A stretch of DNA of 64,000 nt from Blasia pusilla (lineage: Eukaryota). The stretch lies in assembly GCA_050084515.1 (NCBI GenBank), contig CM114271.1:29512001-29576000 (forward strand). Reading direction: 5' to 3'. The position numbers and the translations under genes were made by a program. The stretch's first letter is position 1, and every line of letters starts with the position of its first letter. Shown piece after piece: positions 1-12,489 of the stretch. The notes below the pieces were generated by a model. It made no database searches. It was not told the DNA's origin and worked only from the letters and a program-made list of their open reading frames with translations.

Positions 1-929
1 GTTATCCCCCCTATCACAAAATCCGGGCCTCGCTGCGCGATATTGTAAGGGCTCAATAATGCTCGTGTTATTCCATAAGCTCACACAGAGTGTTACGGGC
101 GTCTGAATTTGTCAGGAAATCCTTTCGCCCTGCCATCCAGAGTCCAATTTTCGTTTCCGCACGGTTTGCCCGACGGCTATGGTGTACATTTTATTAGTAT
201 GAATATATGCAAGTTTGTTTTGCTCAACAGAATTGTAACCGACCGACAATTGTTCGGAGCTGTGGATCTCGCTGGTCGGATACCAGATACGGTCAACTGC
301 CCTGGTTCCACAAAGGACTTTTGTTTTCGGGTTTTGGAGAAGATGACAAAAAATACTTTATTAAAGACCGGGAAACACGACTCAGGCCGAGGGATACCCG
401 GAAGACGCTACCACTTATCATACGGTATTGTTGTGATCAGTGATCTCCTTTAATCTCCGGAGGACCAGAATCCTCATCGAGCTGGTGGTCAGCTAGTTGT
501 GAGATTCTCTTCGCAATCATGATGACGAGAATTCACGCTGGGTCTGAGTAGGAAAGCTCTATTTAGAGTATTCAAGCTTAGGTGTATTCTGGCTCTCTTT
601 AGAGCTGGGCAGGTCCGTGTTTGGAAGCTCTCTTGTTCTCCGGTAGACGGTAGACCTGCCTCGACTGATAAGCTGATCCGTTAGCGCTGAAACCCGTTAG
701 ACCCTTACGAGAACGCAACGCAGTACAAGTGCAGCCATAAAGGACGTTTCCGACAATCATTTTTGCAGGGCCCATACTGAATGAAATACGTTAAACAGAC
801 TTAACCCTCTGGCTATCCATGAAGAACGTACTTTAAGTCCTGCGGAAGAATCTTTTATTTCTTTCTCCTATTTCAAATCACTGGCATCCATTGATCTAAT
901 GTTAAAATATATAACTGATTAGAAATGCT

Positions 930-2390
930 CAATCAAGGGGCAAAATGAGGCTATTCTCCGTGACCATTTAAGAGGTTTCTTCCACTAAAAAAAACTCACC
1001 ATGAGTCCATCTTAGTCCTGATTCTCCTTGGCCTTTTTTTCGCAAGTGTGTCATTCTACGTCCTAATGCTTGACTCACATGAGCATTATTTAACCTCCCA
1101 TCAAATGTCCCTACTTTCTAATTATAAAAACCTCAGTATGGAGACAAAATGAGATGATTCTTCATGAGTAAACAGGCCGTTCATTCAAAAAACTAATCAC
1201 ACATCGGGTCCACATTAGTGGTGATTTTCGCTGGCCTCATTCACCAAGTGTTTCATTTCTCGTCCTAATGCTCGACACATATGAGCATTCTTCCGCCTCT
1301 TACTCACTTGGGAGAAAGTTACCTGGCTCTGTTTTCCGATTAGAATCCTCTACATGGTTATGAAGACAAAAATGCGGGATCCTTCGTGATTAGACATTCT
1401 GTTGACCTAAACAAACGTGACGACCTTGGGTCCACATTAGTGCAGTTTTCGTTGGTCATATTGGCTTAGTGTATCCTATGTACGTCCTTATGTTCGACAC
1501 ACATGACTTTACTTCAACCTCCTGATCAGTTGGGAGAAAGTCAGGTGTGACGGTCTCTAGTTTCTTTCCTAATTACAAACGCATGATTACGGAGACAAAA
1601 TGTGGCGACTCACCGTGATTAAACAGACCAGTGGCTTAAAATAAAGTAATTAACTCGGGTCCGCATCATTCCTCATTGTCGTTGGCCTTGTTCACCACGT
1701 GTATTGTTTTCACGTCCTCACGCTTGACACATATGAGGCTCCGAGCCTGCTTCAACCTCCGGCTCACTTGGGAGAAAGTCATGTGTGACCGTCTCTATTT
1801 TCTGATTACAAATGCATGATTATGAAGACAAAATGGGGGTGATTCCCAGAGATTCAACTGACTGTTCAGTTAAAAAATTAATGAGTTAGATTCCACGTTA
1901 GTTGTGATTTGTGTTGACCTTCTCCATCGAGTGTATTTTTCCTACGTCCTCATGTTTGACACATACGACCATTGCTCAACCTGATGCTCCACTAGATGAA
2001 AGTTTTGTATTACCCTCACTATTTTCACGTTACAAATGCATAATTATGGAAACAAAATGAGGTCATTCTATGTGATTAAATTCAAATAAATTTAATTTTT
2101 TATCACCTCGGATACATGTTTGTTATGATTTTCTTTGCCTTTGCTAACCTGACTGTAGTATTTATGCGTCCACATGATAATTCTTCCTCGTGCTTTTCAC
2201 CGGGGGGAACCGTGAAAGCTATCTCCCTTTTGATCAGAATTCTCTTCATGATCAAGAGGACAAAGGAGCCGAGTCCCCATGATTGAAGAGGCCGTTGGGT
2301 TAATAAAATAGTAATCACCTTGGACCATTTTTTCTGTGATTTCCCTCGTGAACATTTGGCCTTATTCACCAAATTCATTGTTTCTAGGTC
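930..2390. repeat. Degenerate tandem array, about 7 units of roughly 200-235 bp
   Basis: The anchor (ga)caaaatg recurs near 941, 1143, 1365, 1594, 1827 and 2051, with a degenerate copy near 2258. Most copies are followed by similar blocks (gggtccacattag, tggcct, cgtcctaatgctcgacacatatga, gggagaaagt). Confidence 0.85.
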
Positions 2391-4255
2391 ATTTTTTCTT
2401 TAATTGAGCCTAATATTTTTACTATGGATAATTGAAAAAGGAGGTCACATTTTGAAAATTTTCATCTCCATATGGAAATGGACCCACATGTCCGTTGAAA
2501 AAATTGGAATTTTCATCTAGCAATTTTTAAGGGGGAAATGATTGTTTTATTTTATATGAAGGGTCGAGGACGCTTACTAGGTCGTGGAAAATTGAACTTA
2601 TCACTCCAACAGGTATATATCAGTAGATGATCCAACTTACGAGTGTTTGGTCTAGGAACGTAGTGTGCCTTTTTTTTTTTTAAGGCATAATTAAGGAATG
2701 CCTATGATGATTCGCATAAGTGGCGGAGGCAAAACTACAGGGTTTCCTACAGCAATCCTTTTAAAAGGATTTAAAAGGATTTATCTAAAAATTATTAAAT
2801 GGGAAAATACCATTACAGTGAGGGAGCCTGAGGAATTTTTCGTGAAGATTGGGAAAAATTTTAAATTTTTAAAATTTACCTTTAAAATGAAAATCCATTT
2901 GCTAATTGGAGGATGCACATTTCACCTAGGTTTGGCATGTGTATACTCACAAAAAGATTTACAATGTGACTTGTTTTAGTCCAGAAAAAAAATTTAATCG
3001 TCATGATACAAACAATTTAAATTTTACTTTTTGTCAAGGCACTGCCAATGATAGCACGAATACTTGCACTTGCTAGTTTATCTAAAGAGTAAAACCTTAA
3101 TCTCACTCTACTTTTAGCCTAGTAGAGGGTAAACCTTTTTTTTTAAATTCAAGAGACTTGACAAACTTCACACATGGCTTTCATTCAAAGCCTCTCGAAA
3201 AGGTGTTGCATGAGCTTAATATTCGGTCTTCTTTTTTTGAAAACTTCTTGAATATTGAATCTTGAATTTTCCGTTGGAATCTCATTAATGACATGGCACC
3301 TATTTACAACCTGTACCACAAGTCGATTCCAAGTGCAGAGGCTACAAAATGCAAGTTATTTTGCATAAATCAGATAGATGTGACATCGGATGTGAATAGT
3401 GCTGTGAGCCGTTTCTTTTGTTTTCCACATGTTACTCCCTCGTAACTTCCCCGTGTTAATGCTCTTCATGCCGTGTCAGCATTTCCTTTGTTTTCTTCTG
3501 TTCTTCCTTCAGAATCCTTCTCCATGCCGTGTTACGTCTCACCACCCTCAATGCCGCGCATGTTAGAGTTCTCCATTTTCTTATGTTCTCCAGCCGTGTT
3601 AGTGCTTCTACAAGCCCTCTTAGTATTTGAACATGTCATGTTAGTATATCTTTTTTTTGTTGAAAAAATCTCAAAATCATGGCCACATACTGGTTATGAT
3701 AGTTTTTACCAAGGTGGCAACCGAAACCCAAATATTTGGTTTTTTTCTAATTCCAAAAAATTTCCTTACAAAATGATCGATACCGATTCCCGAATATTCT
3801 ACCAACATTTTTTCTTGAACATGAGCTTACAAAAATGGCAAGTTAGTAATATTTTTCCATGACATGCCACAATTCTATCATTTTCCATGACTATCACAAA
3901 TCATCCAACCCAATTATATCTGCGAATAGTTTTGAACATTGAGAATAAAAGTAATCAAAAGTGTTAGAGAGCAAAAGGGATTAGGAGGGATTATAATGGG
4001 AGTTAGTAGAGGTTAGGACCGGTTTTAGTAGGGTTTTCAGGTTGATTTTATGATTAAACATATGGAAAACTAACTCCTAATATCCGCTGGACAAAAAATT
4101 TGTCCATAGGAAGAAAACTGGACACGATGAAACCTATAGGGATAGGACTGGATCATATTTTTAAAAATGGAATAGACGTATATGTATCCCTAAAAAAGGA
4201 CAGACTATGAGAAACTGGCCGAGCCTTGATCATGATATATCCATACAGAGTGGAT

Positions 4256-4481
4256 CAATGTCCGGGGAGAACCGGGGTTACATGTTGAGCTAGCTGGAAG
4301 AATTTGAAAATTTCGGATTCAGTTTCTCACTTACCGACTAAAAACCGACGGTTCAGGCAGGTGTTCCTTTGTATTTATATCTCTTTAGCAGGCCGGAATG
4401 CGGAAAAGTTTGGAAATTTCCGTTTGACTTTATACGGACCGAAAATGTACGGGTTGTCATGAACAAACTCCTCGGACTCTA
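4256..4481. mobile_element. hAT-type MITE (226 bp), copy 1
   Basis: 8-bp TSD GAGTGGAT at 4248-4255 and 4482-4489. Imperfect TIRs caatgtccggggag / ctcctcggactcta. Homologous to 41532-41757. Confidence 0.75.
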
Positions 4482-5934
4482 GAGTGGATGACCCAAAGTA
4501 GTTCATGTTGCTTCAATGGAGGAATATACTCACATTGAGTTTTTCTAATTAAACTAATATTCAAAGGAAAAAGTAAAATGATGGAGAGTGTACGAAGGAG
4601 ATTTGATGACAAAAACCGATTTTCATATGTAAAAAACAAAACACATGATGTCCTCAAGAACCTATTATATAGTCTTTAGTCCTTTACACTAATAAAAGTT
4701 GTTGGCTTATACTTTCAAACTTAAAATATTTTCTCTTAAAAAATATTTCCTCTTCAAACACCTTGCATTTTCTTCCACGTATACGCTTTGCACTGCCGTG
4801 AAACCTTTCGAAAATGCTCACGAACTGGGAGAAGCAGATGTCGCCTCTAGGAGATCATTCGTTCATAAATTCTCCCTCCAACAATCAATTATTACCATTT
4901 TATTGCCTCCTTTTGAAAATAAGCGATATTGAGTACCCTTCTTATCTCGATTTAGTTAACCACCGATTCTTGCTTTCTGCCAAGAGTCGTGCGCATCTAG
5001 TTCTTGTACAAATCGTATGGCCACGGAGACCAAGCGAGACCAGGTAACGGAAGAATCATCTTGGGTCTACATGAGTCCGTACGTGTGAGTGGTCTAGACT
5101 CTAGTTCATTAACTTCCTTCGGTAAGTGTATCAAGTGTACGTCCTCATGATTTCGACACACAGGCGAGAATTTGTCAACGTCCTTTGCTCTTTTAGGAGA
5201 AAGAGGAAAGTGTTGTCTTCTTGCTGCCTTGCCGTAGTACGAAAATGTGTCCCAAAAGATACCAAATGAAATTCATTCCCAATTAGAGCAGATCCCCATG
5301 ATGTTTGAAACGCGTCTTCCCAAAACACCATCCCGTCATTAGAAGAACCGCTTCAGTCAGGAGAGTAAAAATTGTTAACCCGACCACGCCATTCGACGGG
5401 GTGAGTTCATAGTAACTTCATACACACTTCGACTTGTTTACGACCAACATCCCCAAACCAATCCAAACCCTTAACCCTCATGAACTTGGAATTTCCTTAG
5501 TTGCCATTTCATTTTAAAAATGTTTTCACTCGCCCTATAAAATCGGAACGTCGGAAATTTCCTCCAGAATTCCTTCAAATTCAACCTCCGACTTTCATTC
5601 TCAGGTTATGTTTTAAAGTTTAGAAGAGAAACAAATTTTGGGTGATAACTATGTTTCCTTCTACTACCAACAAGCGATTTAAGTCAGAATTTGCGAGTTC
5701 AAAACTTTAGATGAGTAAGTGTTAAAATTTTGGGGAACAAAATAGTTTGTCGAAATAAAACAAAACAGTACTTTCTCCCAATGATACAATACGAAGCTAA
5801 AAGCGATTCTCTTACAAGAACCTCTCTACTCCAAGTGATACTTGAAATGGACAGATTGAAGATCTCACACTTTCCAAGAACTGCCCAATTGGTGCAGTGG
5901 AATAGTTCAATAAACTTGTGTAAGCATACTCGTG

Positions 5935-6124
5935 GAATACGGATATAAATCTCAACAAGTGATCGTATCTCGAAAAAGGACACCTGATTATCATGCTATC
6001 ATAAAAGGATTCGATATTAAAAAAGACGAGAATACGGATATAAATCTCAACAAGTGATCGTATCTCGAAAAAGGACACCTGATTATCATGCTATCATAAA
6101 AGGATTCGATATTAAAAAAGACGA
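5935..6124. repeat. Perfect 2 x 95 bp tandem duplication
   Basis: gaatacggatataaatctc...aaaaaagacga occurs at 5935-6029 and 6030-6124 with no differences seen. Confidence 0.95.
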
Positions 6125-7313
6125 GAGGAGTCTTTACTCTTAAAAGAGGACTATTAAGATTTTAATAATAGAAATATAAATAAGAGTCGTGTAATTTGTA
6201 ACTCCGCTTCCAAAGAAAAGGTGTGACTTCTTTTGGGAAGCCAGTTTCGCCGTACTGTTTTAGAGAGTAAGGCCCCAAACAATACGGGCAAGCTAGTTAC
6301 CAGATGTGATTGATTTATAATTTTGTAGGGCCTTTATTTTTGTTAATCAGGGCGATTAATTAGTAATGCCTTATAAAAAATCCCTTTACAAATTGGGAAA
6401 AGACATAGCGAAGACTTTGGTTTTCGACAATTTACAGCCTTTTCAATTCAATGTGGTCACTAGAATAGACTATAAATAAACAATATAACTGCCTGATTTC
6501 TTTTATTTCCTACTCTCTTCTTTCCTCGTGTTTCATAAGGACCGTGCGCATATTAGAAAGATCATATTCTCTTTCCTCCCCATGAGTAAAATTTATTTAT
6601 TTATTTATTTTCATGCTACGTGAACTGCACGTTTTCTGACGATTAAAAGGATCATAAAGTGGAAAGATGCCTCAAAGATCGTGTGAAGTGAAGAAATATA
6701 CTTCGATTCATTTTCCTTGTGACTTGATTGGGAAACACCGCGCAAGATACGTGTCATTTCAACTCTTGCACCCATCCATCTTACTTCATAATATTTTGAA
6801 TTTCTTAATCTCATGGTAATCTATGCTAGATTGGACCAGTGAGGGGACCATGCGGTCCATCCTGCGATCCCATAACCCTAAACACCCCTTTACGCTATCT
6901 GTATACCCGCCTACCCGAGTCACTTGTCGTACATTGTGGGTCCAAAGGACATGTGATGATCTCTCCGATGTCGTCATTTGAAAATCACTCCTCTCATAAA
7001 AATATAGATTAGTAAGAGGGGGTGACTTTAAATAGGCAAGAAGGAAAATCACATTCCTACTTTTATAGTATCTATATAATTAAAAGGATCCCTTCCTTCG
7101 ATGGGGTCCGAGGCTGAGAGGCTGAGAGGCTGTTGTAAAACGCTTAGGAGTTGCTGGTGTGTAAATTTGGTGTGAAGCTGCAAGTTTTCTTGTGGATAAA
7201 TTTGTTGTAAATTTGGACTCATCTAGGTAACTTCTACTATGCAATGTTACTACATCCATGCACATTACTGTTTGTCAAGCTAATGTACATTCTTGAGTTT
7301 TTTTTCTTTGTAG

Positions 7314-8450
7314 GGTCTTCTGTTTGATGTTGGCAATTCACGCCCTCTCCTACTGCACTGATTTCAATGCCCCCATCAAAATTCTCATCTATTGAACCAA
7401 GATCGCCAACAAGGCCCCAAACACCTTCTATATTACCACTGTACAACGTCTAATACGCAAATCATATATGTGTAGTTACTTTTTTCCCGTCAAATAACTT
7501 CAATTTTTGGGCACGAGTCTTGATTTCGTGTCTAGAAGGAGAGCTTTGATCCTAAATAATCACCCCCATAAGCTTTATTTCAAACCCTTTTTTCTAACCC
7601 CTTGGGCTTCGGAAAATGTCCATGTCCACTTGAGCTTTTGCGTTTCTTTAGTTATCTCCTATTGAAAAGGTTGGAATCATAAATGATTTGTTTAGAACAA
7701 TTATGAAGCACTAACACTATATTGAAAACTCATTCTATTTCAAATTTTAGGCATGTTTGGAACAACTTCCATGATCATTGGGCCATGGGTTGATCGTTAT
7801 GGGCCTTGCATAGGACTTACGCTAGGATCAGTGGTGTTCGCAATTTGACAATGCATTGTGTCCTTCTCCTTACACAGGAAATCCACAAAATGGATTTATG
7901 TTGGCTATGGAGTTCTGTAAGGGTTCGCTCTTGGAAAAAACTACATATTGCCAATGTCAGCACTCCAAAAGTCTTTCCCCAATTATCGAGGTGTGGCCTC
8001 TTGTTTCCGGTGGCTGGATTAGGTGTGGGTTCTATTGTCTGGAGTAAATTTTATCTACCTCTCATCAAAGCCTCCAACCTCCCCAGGACTTTTGCCATCC
8101 TCGGTGCAATCCTTTCGGGTTTTATGTTGGCTTCCACCATATTTATGCTCACACCCCCAACAATTTTTTTTTTAGCAAGCTTGTACGTTAATGATGAGAA
8201 GGTGGTGCGCCCCAAGGATCATAAGATAGGCATTGCTCCCGAAGAGGAATTCCATAACAACGAGAATCATGGCATTAAAGCTCTAGAAAACGAAGATGTG
8301 GATATCAAAAAAATAATTGCGGCTACTACTGAAAGACCATCAATGATTAAGATGACCCTCATCCAATCCATCCCTTCCCCCAACTTTGCCCTCATGTACC
8401 TCATGTTCTTTGCCAACTAGCTCTTTGATCTCATAGCGCTTTCAAGACTC
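7314..8450 (+). pseudogene. MFS transporter (oxalate:formate antiporter-like) pseudogene, N-terminal part
   Basis: An exon-like piece reads FNAPIKILIY*TKIANKAPNTFYIT. After an AG acceptor at 7749-7750 it continues GMFGTTSMIIGPWVDRYGPCIGLTLGSVVF (MFS motif A-like) and then hydrophobic helices (VAGLGVGSIVWS, TFAILGAILSGFMLA, NFALMYLMFFAN). Stops and frameshifts are present. Confidence 0.7.
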
Positions 8451-8455
8451 TTCAA

Positions 8456-8880
8456 AAGAAATGATCCACTCAAACATCAATCTAGACATTGGCCCATGGT
8501 CGTTTTTGCTATTTCCAACTTTTGTTGTTAAGAGTACTATGCCAAAAAAGCTGCAAACTAACCTGATAATACTATGGAGGAGTTGAAAAATCACTATGAA
8601 CGATGTTGCGTTTCAACTAAATTGTGTGGAGGTCTATTGAATTAGAGAGGAAGAAATGATCCACTTGAACAATGACCCAGATAAAGTGCACATGGTGTAG
8701 GTTGGATAATACTAGGAAGTTGCTACAACTTCCTTCTGTTGTTGGGAGTATTCCTCCACAGCTGCTGCAAATGACCTAACAATGTAAAGGAGGAGTTGAT
8801 AAATCACCATGAAATCTATAGCGCTTCGAATGAAGTGTGCAAAGGAAAATTAAAGTGGAGGGAAAGGCATGATCCATTCC
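8456..8880. repeat. Degenerate ~200-bp tandem repeat (2 units plus the start of a third)
   Basis: atgatccac/t recurs at about 8461, 8657 and 8870. The units share tgttgtt..gagta, gctgcaaa and ggaggagttga.aaatcac.atgaa blocks. Confidence 0.65.
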
Positions 8881-9040
8881 AAAAACAAGGCTAAGCAAGT
8901 AACCCGAGCCCGCCCAAAGCCCACTGCGTAGACCTCAGCTAACAAAGCCCGCACCCATTGCGTGGCCGGCAAGGCAGGCTTGGCCCCCATTAGGTGGGCT
9001 AAGGCCCGCGCAAGGCCCGTAGTGTGGGCTAGGGGACATC

Positions 9041-9352
9041 TGTGGAAAACTGCTAAACAAACATAATTGGTGGAAAACGACTTTCACACACACACACCAC
9101 CATGGAGAACAAAATTTGCAATGAGAGAATAAGTGGAGGCTAGTCCTCTTCTCAATTATAAAGGGTATGTACAACCAACCCTAACCCTACCCTTAACCAT
9201 AGTCTCGAGTTAGCCTAACTGTGATTAACTAATCCTAGTTAAGATAATCGTGCTTAACTGACTAACCAAGATTAAGCTTCCTTACTTCATGTGAGTGCCA
9301 AATGTAGCAGTTTAGATGTCTCATGAGCTTGACTGTAACTCAATCTTCAATA
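9041..9352 (-). repeat. 3' LTR of Copia family 1 copy A
   Basis: tgtggaaaactgctaaac...caatcttcaata, homologous to 47391-47702 and 52393-52696. Confidence 0.92.
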
Positions 9353-11743
9353 CTCCCCCTCAAGCTCATATCGATATCTCTAACGCCTAAATCCTTTCTA
9401 AACATCTCAAACTTATCTCTAGACAATGCCTATGTAAAGATGTCAGCAATTTGATGATCTGTACCTATATACACAAAATTAATTTCTCCTGCAAGCACTT
9501 TCTCTCTGATAAAATGATAGTGCACCTCAACATGCTTTGTATGAGCATGAAACACATGGTTATTAGCAAGCTTGATGCTACTAATATTGTCTACATATAT
9601 TACACTAGGTCCTAAGTTACTAACACCAATCTCAACAAGTAATCGATGAAGCCACACCGCCTCACATGCTGCATTGGTTGCTCCTCTGTACTCAACCTCT
9701 GTTGAAGATTAAGCAACTGTAGGTTGCTTCTTTGAAGCCCAACTTATAGCTGCGCTTCCCAAAGTAAATGAATAAGCGGATGTGGAGTGTCGATCAGACA
9801 CGCTTCCTACCCAATCAACATCTATGAATCCCTGTAATTGAAAACTCGGAGAAGGTTCAAATTGAAGCCCGAATTGAATAGAGAATTTGACATACCGCAT
9901 AATCCTCCTTAGAGCATCAAGGTGAGGTTTTCGAGGTGCTTGCATAAAAATGGATCACTAGGCCAACAATATAGCTCAAATCTAGTATGGTTATAGTTAG
10001 ATAGATCAAACTTCCAACCATGTGCCTGTACATGTTAGAATCTGCAAGCAGTTCTACTTCATCCACTCTTAGCTTCACGCTCTGGTCCAATGGTGTAGAG
10101 ATCGGCTTACAAGCCGTTATACCATATTTTGAAAGTATATGAAGAGCATATTGTCATTGTAGTAACCACATGCTCTCTCCAACTTTGATAAATTGAATAT
10201 CAATGAAGTACTTGAGTTCTCCCAAGTCCTTTGTATCAAATTCTGCTTGTAACTTAAGCTTGACTTGTTGTACCATTTCTTCAGTAATCAAGAGATCTTC
10301 AACATACAACATAATGAGAACTGTATGATCTTGTCCTCTCAAGATATATAACGAGGAGTTAGAATCACATACCCTAAAACCCAACTCTTGTAGGATGTAT
10401 GTAATCTTGCCATACCAAGCTCTTGGAGCTTGTTTGAGCCCGTATAGAGCTTTCTTCAACCTGCATACGCGAAATGGAAACGTGGGATGCTCGTATCCAG
10501 GTGGTTGAGTCATATATACCTCCTCGTATAGATCTCCATTCAAGAAGCCATTCTTGACGTCCATGTGATGTAATCTCCACTTCTTACTTACTGCAACTGC
10601 AACCATTGTTCTCATAGTCGCCATCTTTGCAACACGGCTAAATGTTTCCTCATAATCGATACCATATTTTTGTGCATAGCCCTTAGCCACCAACCTCGCT
10701 TTGTATATGTTAATTGTACCATCTTGATTGCGCTTGACTTTTTAAACCCATTTGCAACCAATAGCTTCCTTACCGGAAGGTATATCAACCAGCTCCCATG
10801 TTTGTTGACGTCTTAATACAGCAAGCTCTTCCTCCATAGCTTCAATCCATTCGGCTTTACTCGCAGCTTCTTCAAAACAACTCAGCTCATGCTCTTGAAG
10901 GGTAGTCATCATATAAGCATGATGTGTTGCAAAGAAACCTTCATTTATGAATTTATGAACTCGATGTGTAACTCTACTTGATCTACGAAGTTGTTGTTTA
11001 GAGGTAGATGCCTTTGACACCCGACTTGAGCTCTAACTAGTGTCAACAGACTGAATATGTACTCTTCCCATCCATGGACTCACAGATTTAACTAATGAAT
11101 CTAGGACCTCTCCTAATCCTGCACTAGTACTTGGGGAAGTTTAAGACAATGTCTTTTGGTTTGTAGTCATATTCTCCCCCTCAACAAACAAGTTTAGAGA
11201 TGGAATAGGCTCAGATGGAGCATACCATGACTTTAGCTCATCAAAGACAACATCCCGACTAATAATAAGCTGCTTAGAGGATGGAATGTAGCATTTATAC
11301 CCCTTAGTTCCATGAGTATAGCCAATGAAGATACATCTTTCAGACTTGGGGTCTAATTTCTGACGTATCTCAAAAGGAACATGAGCATAAAAAATATAGC
11401 CAAATACTTTCAAGAAAGAAAATTCAGGTTTACTTTATGTGAAGACTTCAAATGGAGTTTTATCATGAATTCCTACTGTTGGAGTTCGGTTCATTAAGAA
11501 GATTGCACATGCTACAACCTTTGCTCAATACACCTTAGACATGTTCTTCTCATTCAGCATAGCTCGTGCCGCTACAGCAATATGTCGATTCTTCCTCTCA
11601 GCCACTCCATTTTATTGTGGAGTGTAACGGCAAGTCACTTGACGTTGGATGCCATTCTGGCGTAAATAGTCATCAAACTCTGTTGAAAGATATGCTCCTC
11701 CTCCATCACAACGCAATTTCAGAATGTGTTGTCCAATCTGCTT

Positions 11744-11850
11744 TATCGTGCGAATCCACATCGTCATACAACATACATTGCTAACATACCATACTCACAT
11801 ACATACATAACAAAGACGAGAGCATACACAAATACAAGTGTATCACAACT
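11744..11850. repeat. Repeat A (107 bp), terminal copy at the element 3' end
   Basis: Direct repeat of 12220-12326 (t[a/g]tcgtg.gaatccacatcgtcatacaacatacat...cacaact). Confidence 0.95.
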
Positions 11851-11955
11851 GAAATCCGTGAAAGACCTACTGTCATAAAACACGTATAGAATCACATACA
11901 ATCGAGCCAAATCCACTCCACGATGGGAGAATCCAAGTCGAAGCTTGCGAGAACC

Positions 11956-12217
11956 ACCATAGCCAAGAGCTCTACTCACTACCAAGGCTAATTCCCAACG
12001 CAACAGACTCAACTCAAAGAACTAACTATTCTTTGAGTACACTCCACACTATACCCTCCAACCTAAGGATGGGCCCTACTGGAAAAGTCAACCTCAATAG
12101 AGTAACCCCCAACCCTATGTATGAAACCGCATCCCTACCTAGACACTATGGCCCTACATAAGGTATGGCCTCTACTAGCACACTATACTCTACGACATAA
12201 TCCGTATGGTCATGACA
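11956..12217. repeat. Repeat B (262 bp), internal copy
   Basis: Direct repeat of 26764-27025 (accatagccaagagctc...ccgtatggtcatga[c/g]a). About 17 substitutions counted by eye. Confidence 0.95.
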
Positions 12218-12219
12218 GT

Positions 12220-12326
12220 TGTCGTGTGAATCCACATCGTCATACAACATACATCGTTGACATACCATACTCACATACATACATAACATAGACGAGAGCA
12301 TACACAAACACAAGTGTACCACAACT
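12220..12326. repeat. Repeat A internal copy, joined to B by a 2-nt spacer and adjacent to a PPT
   Basis: The junction reads catgaca-gt-tgtcgtg. A minus-strand purine tract aggggggcg lies at 12327-12335. Confidence 0.93.
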
Positions 12327-12489
12327 CGCCCCCCTAATTGGCGGTTAGGTCCCTCTAACTCCTAGGTAGCCCTACACATCTACTATATGCTATACACCTT
12401 CGTGGGTGCACGAATCAGAAGGCCAGGTACTAGGTTGCCCCATCGTTAGTTGCACATCTGTAATCCATATCATGCAAAGATCAAGTCAT

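Noticed and set aside
109-453. 114-aa ORF at the window start
   Set aside because: Non-ATG start, no recognisable motifs and no supporting gene structure.
930-2390. Possible CRISPR-like array
   Set aside because: Whole units are homologous, with no identical short repeats separated by unique spacers, no cas genes, and a eukaryotic context.
3380-3862. 129-aa ORF over short ccgtgtta-type repeats
   Set aside because: Low-complexity degenerate repeats with no recognisable product.
11744-12217. Reading A-spacer-B as one ordinary 474-bp LTR
   Set aside because: The other end has only B. A recurs internally next to the PPT, so a standard two-LTR model does not fit this copy.
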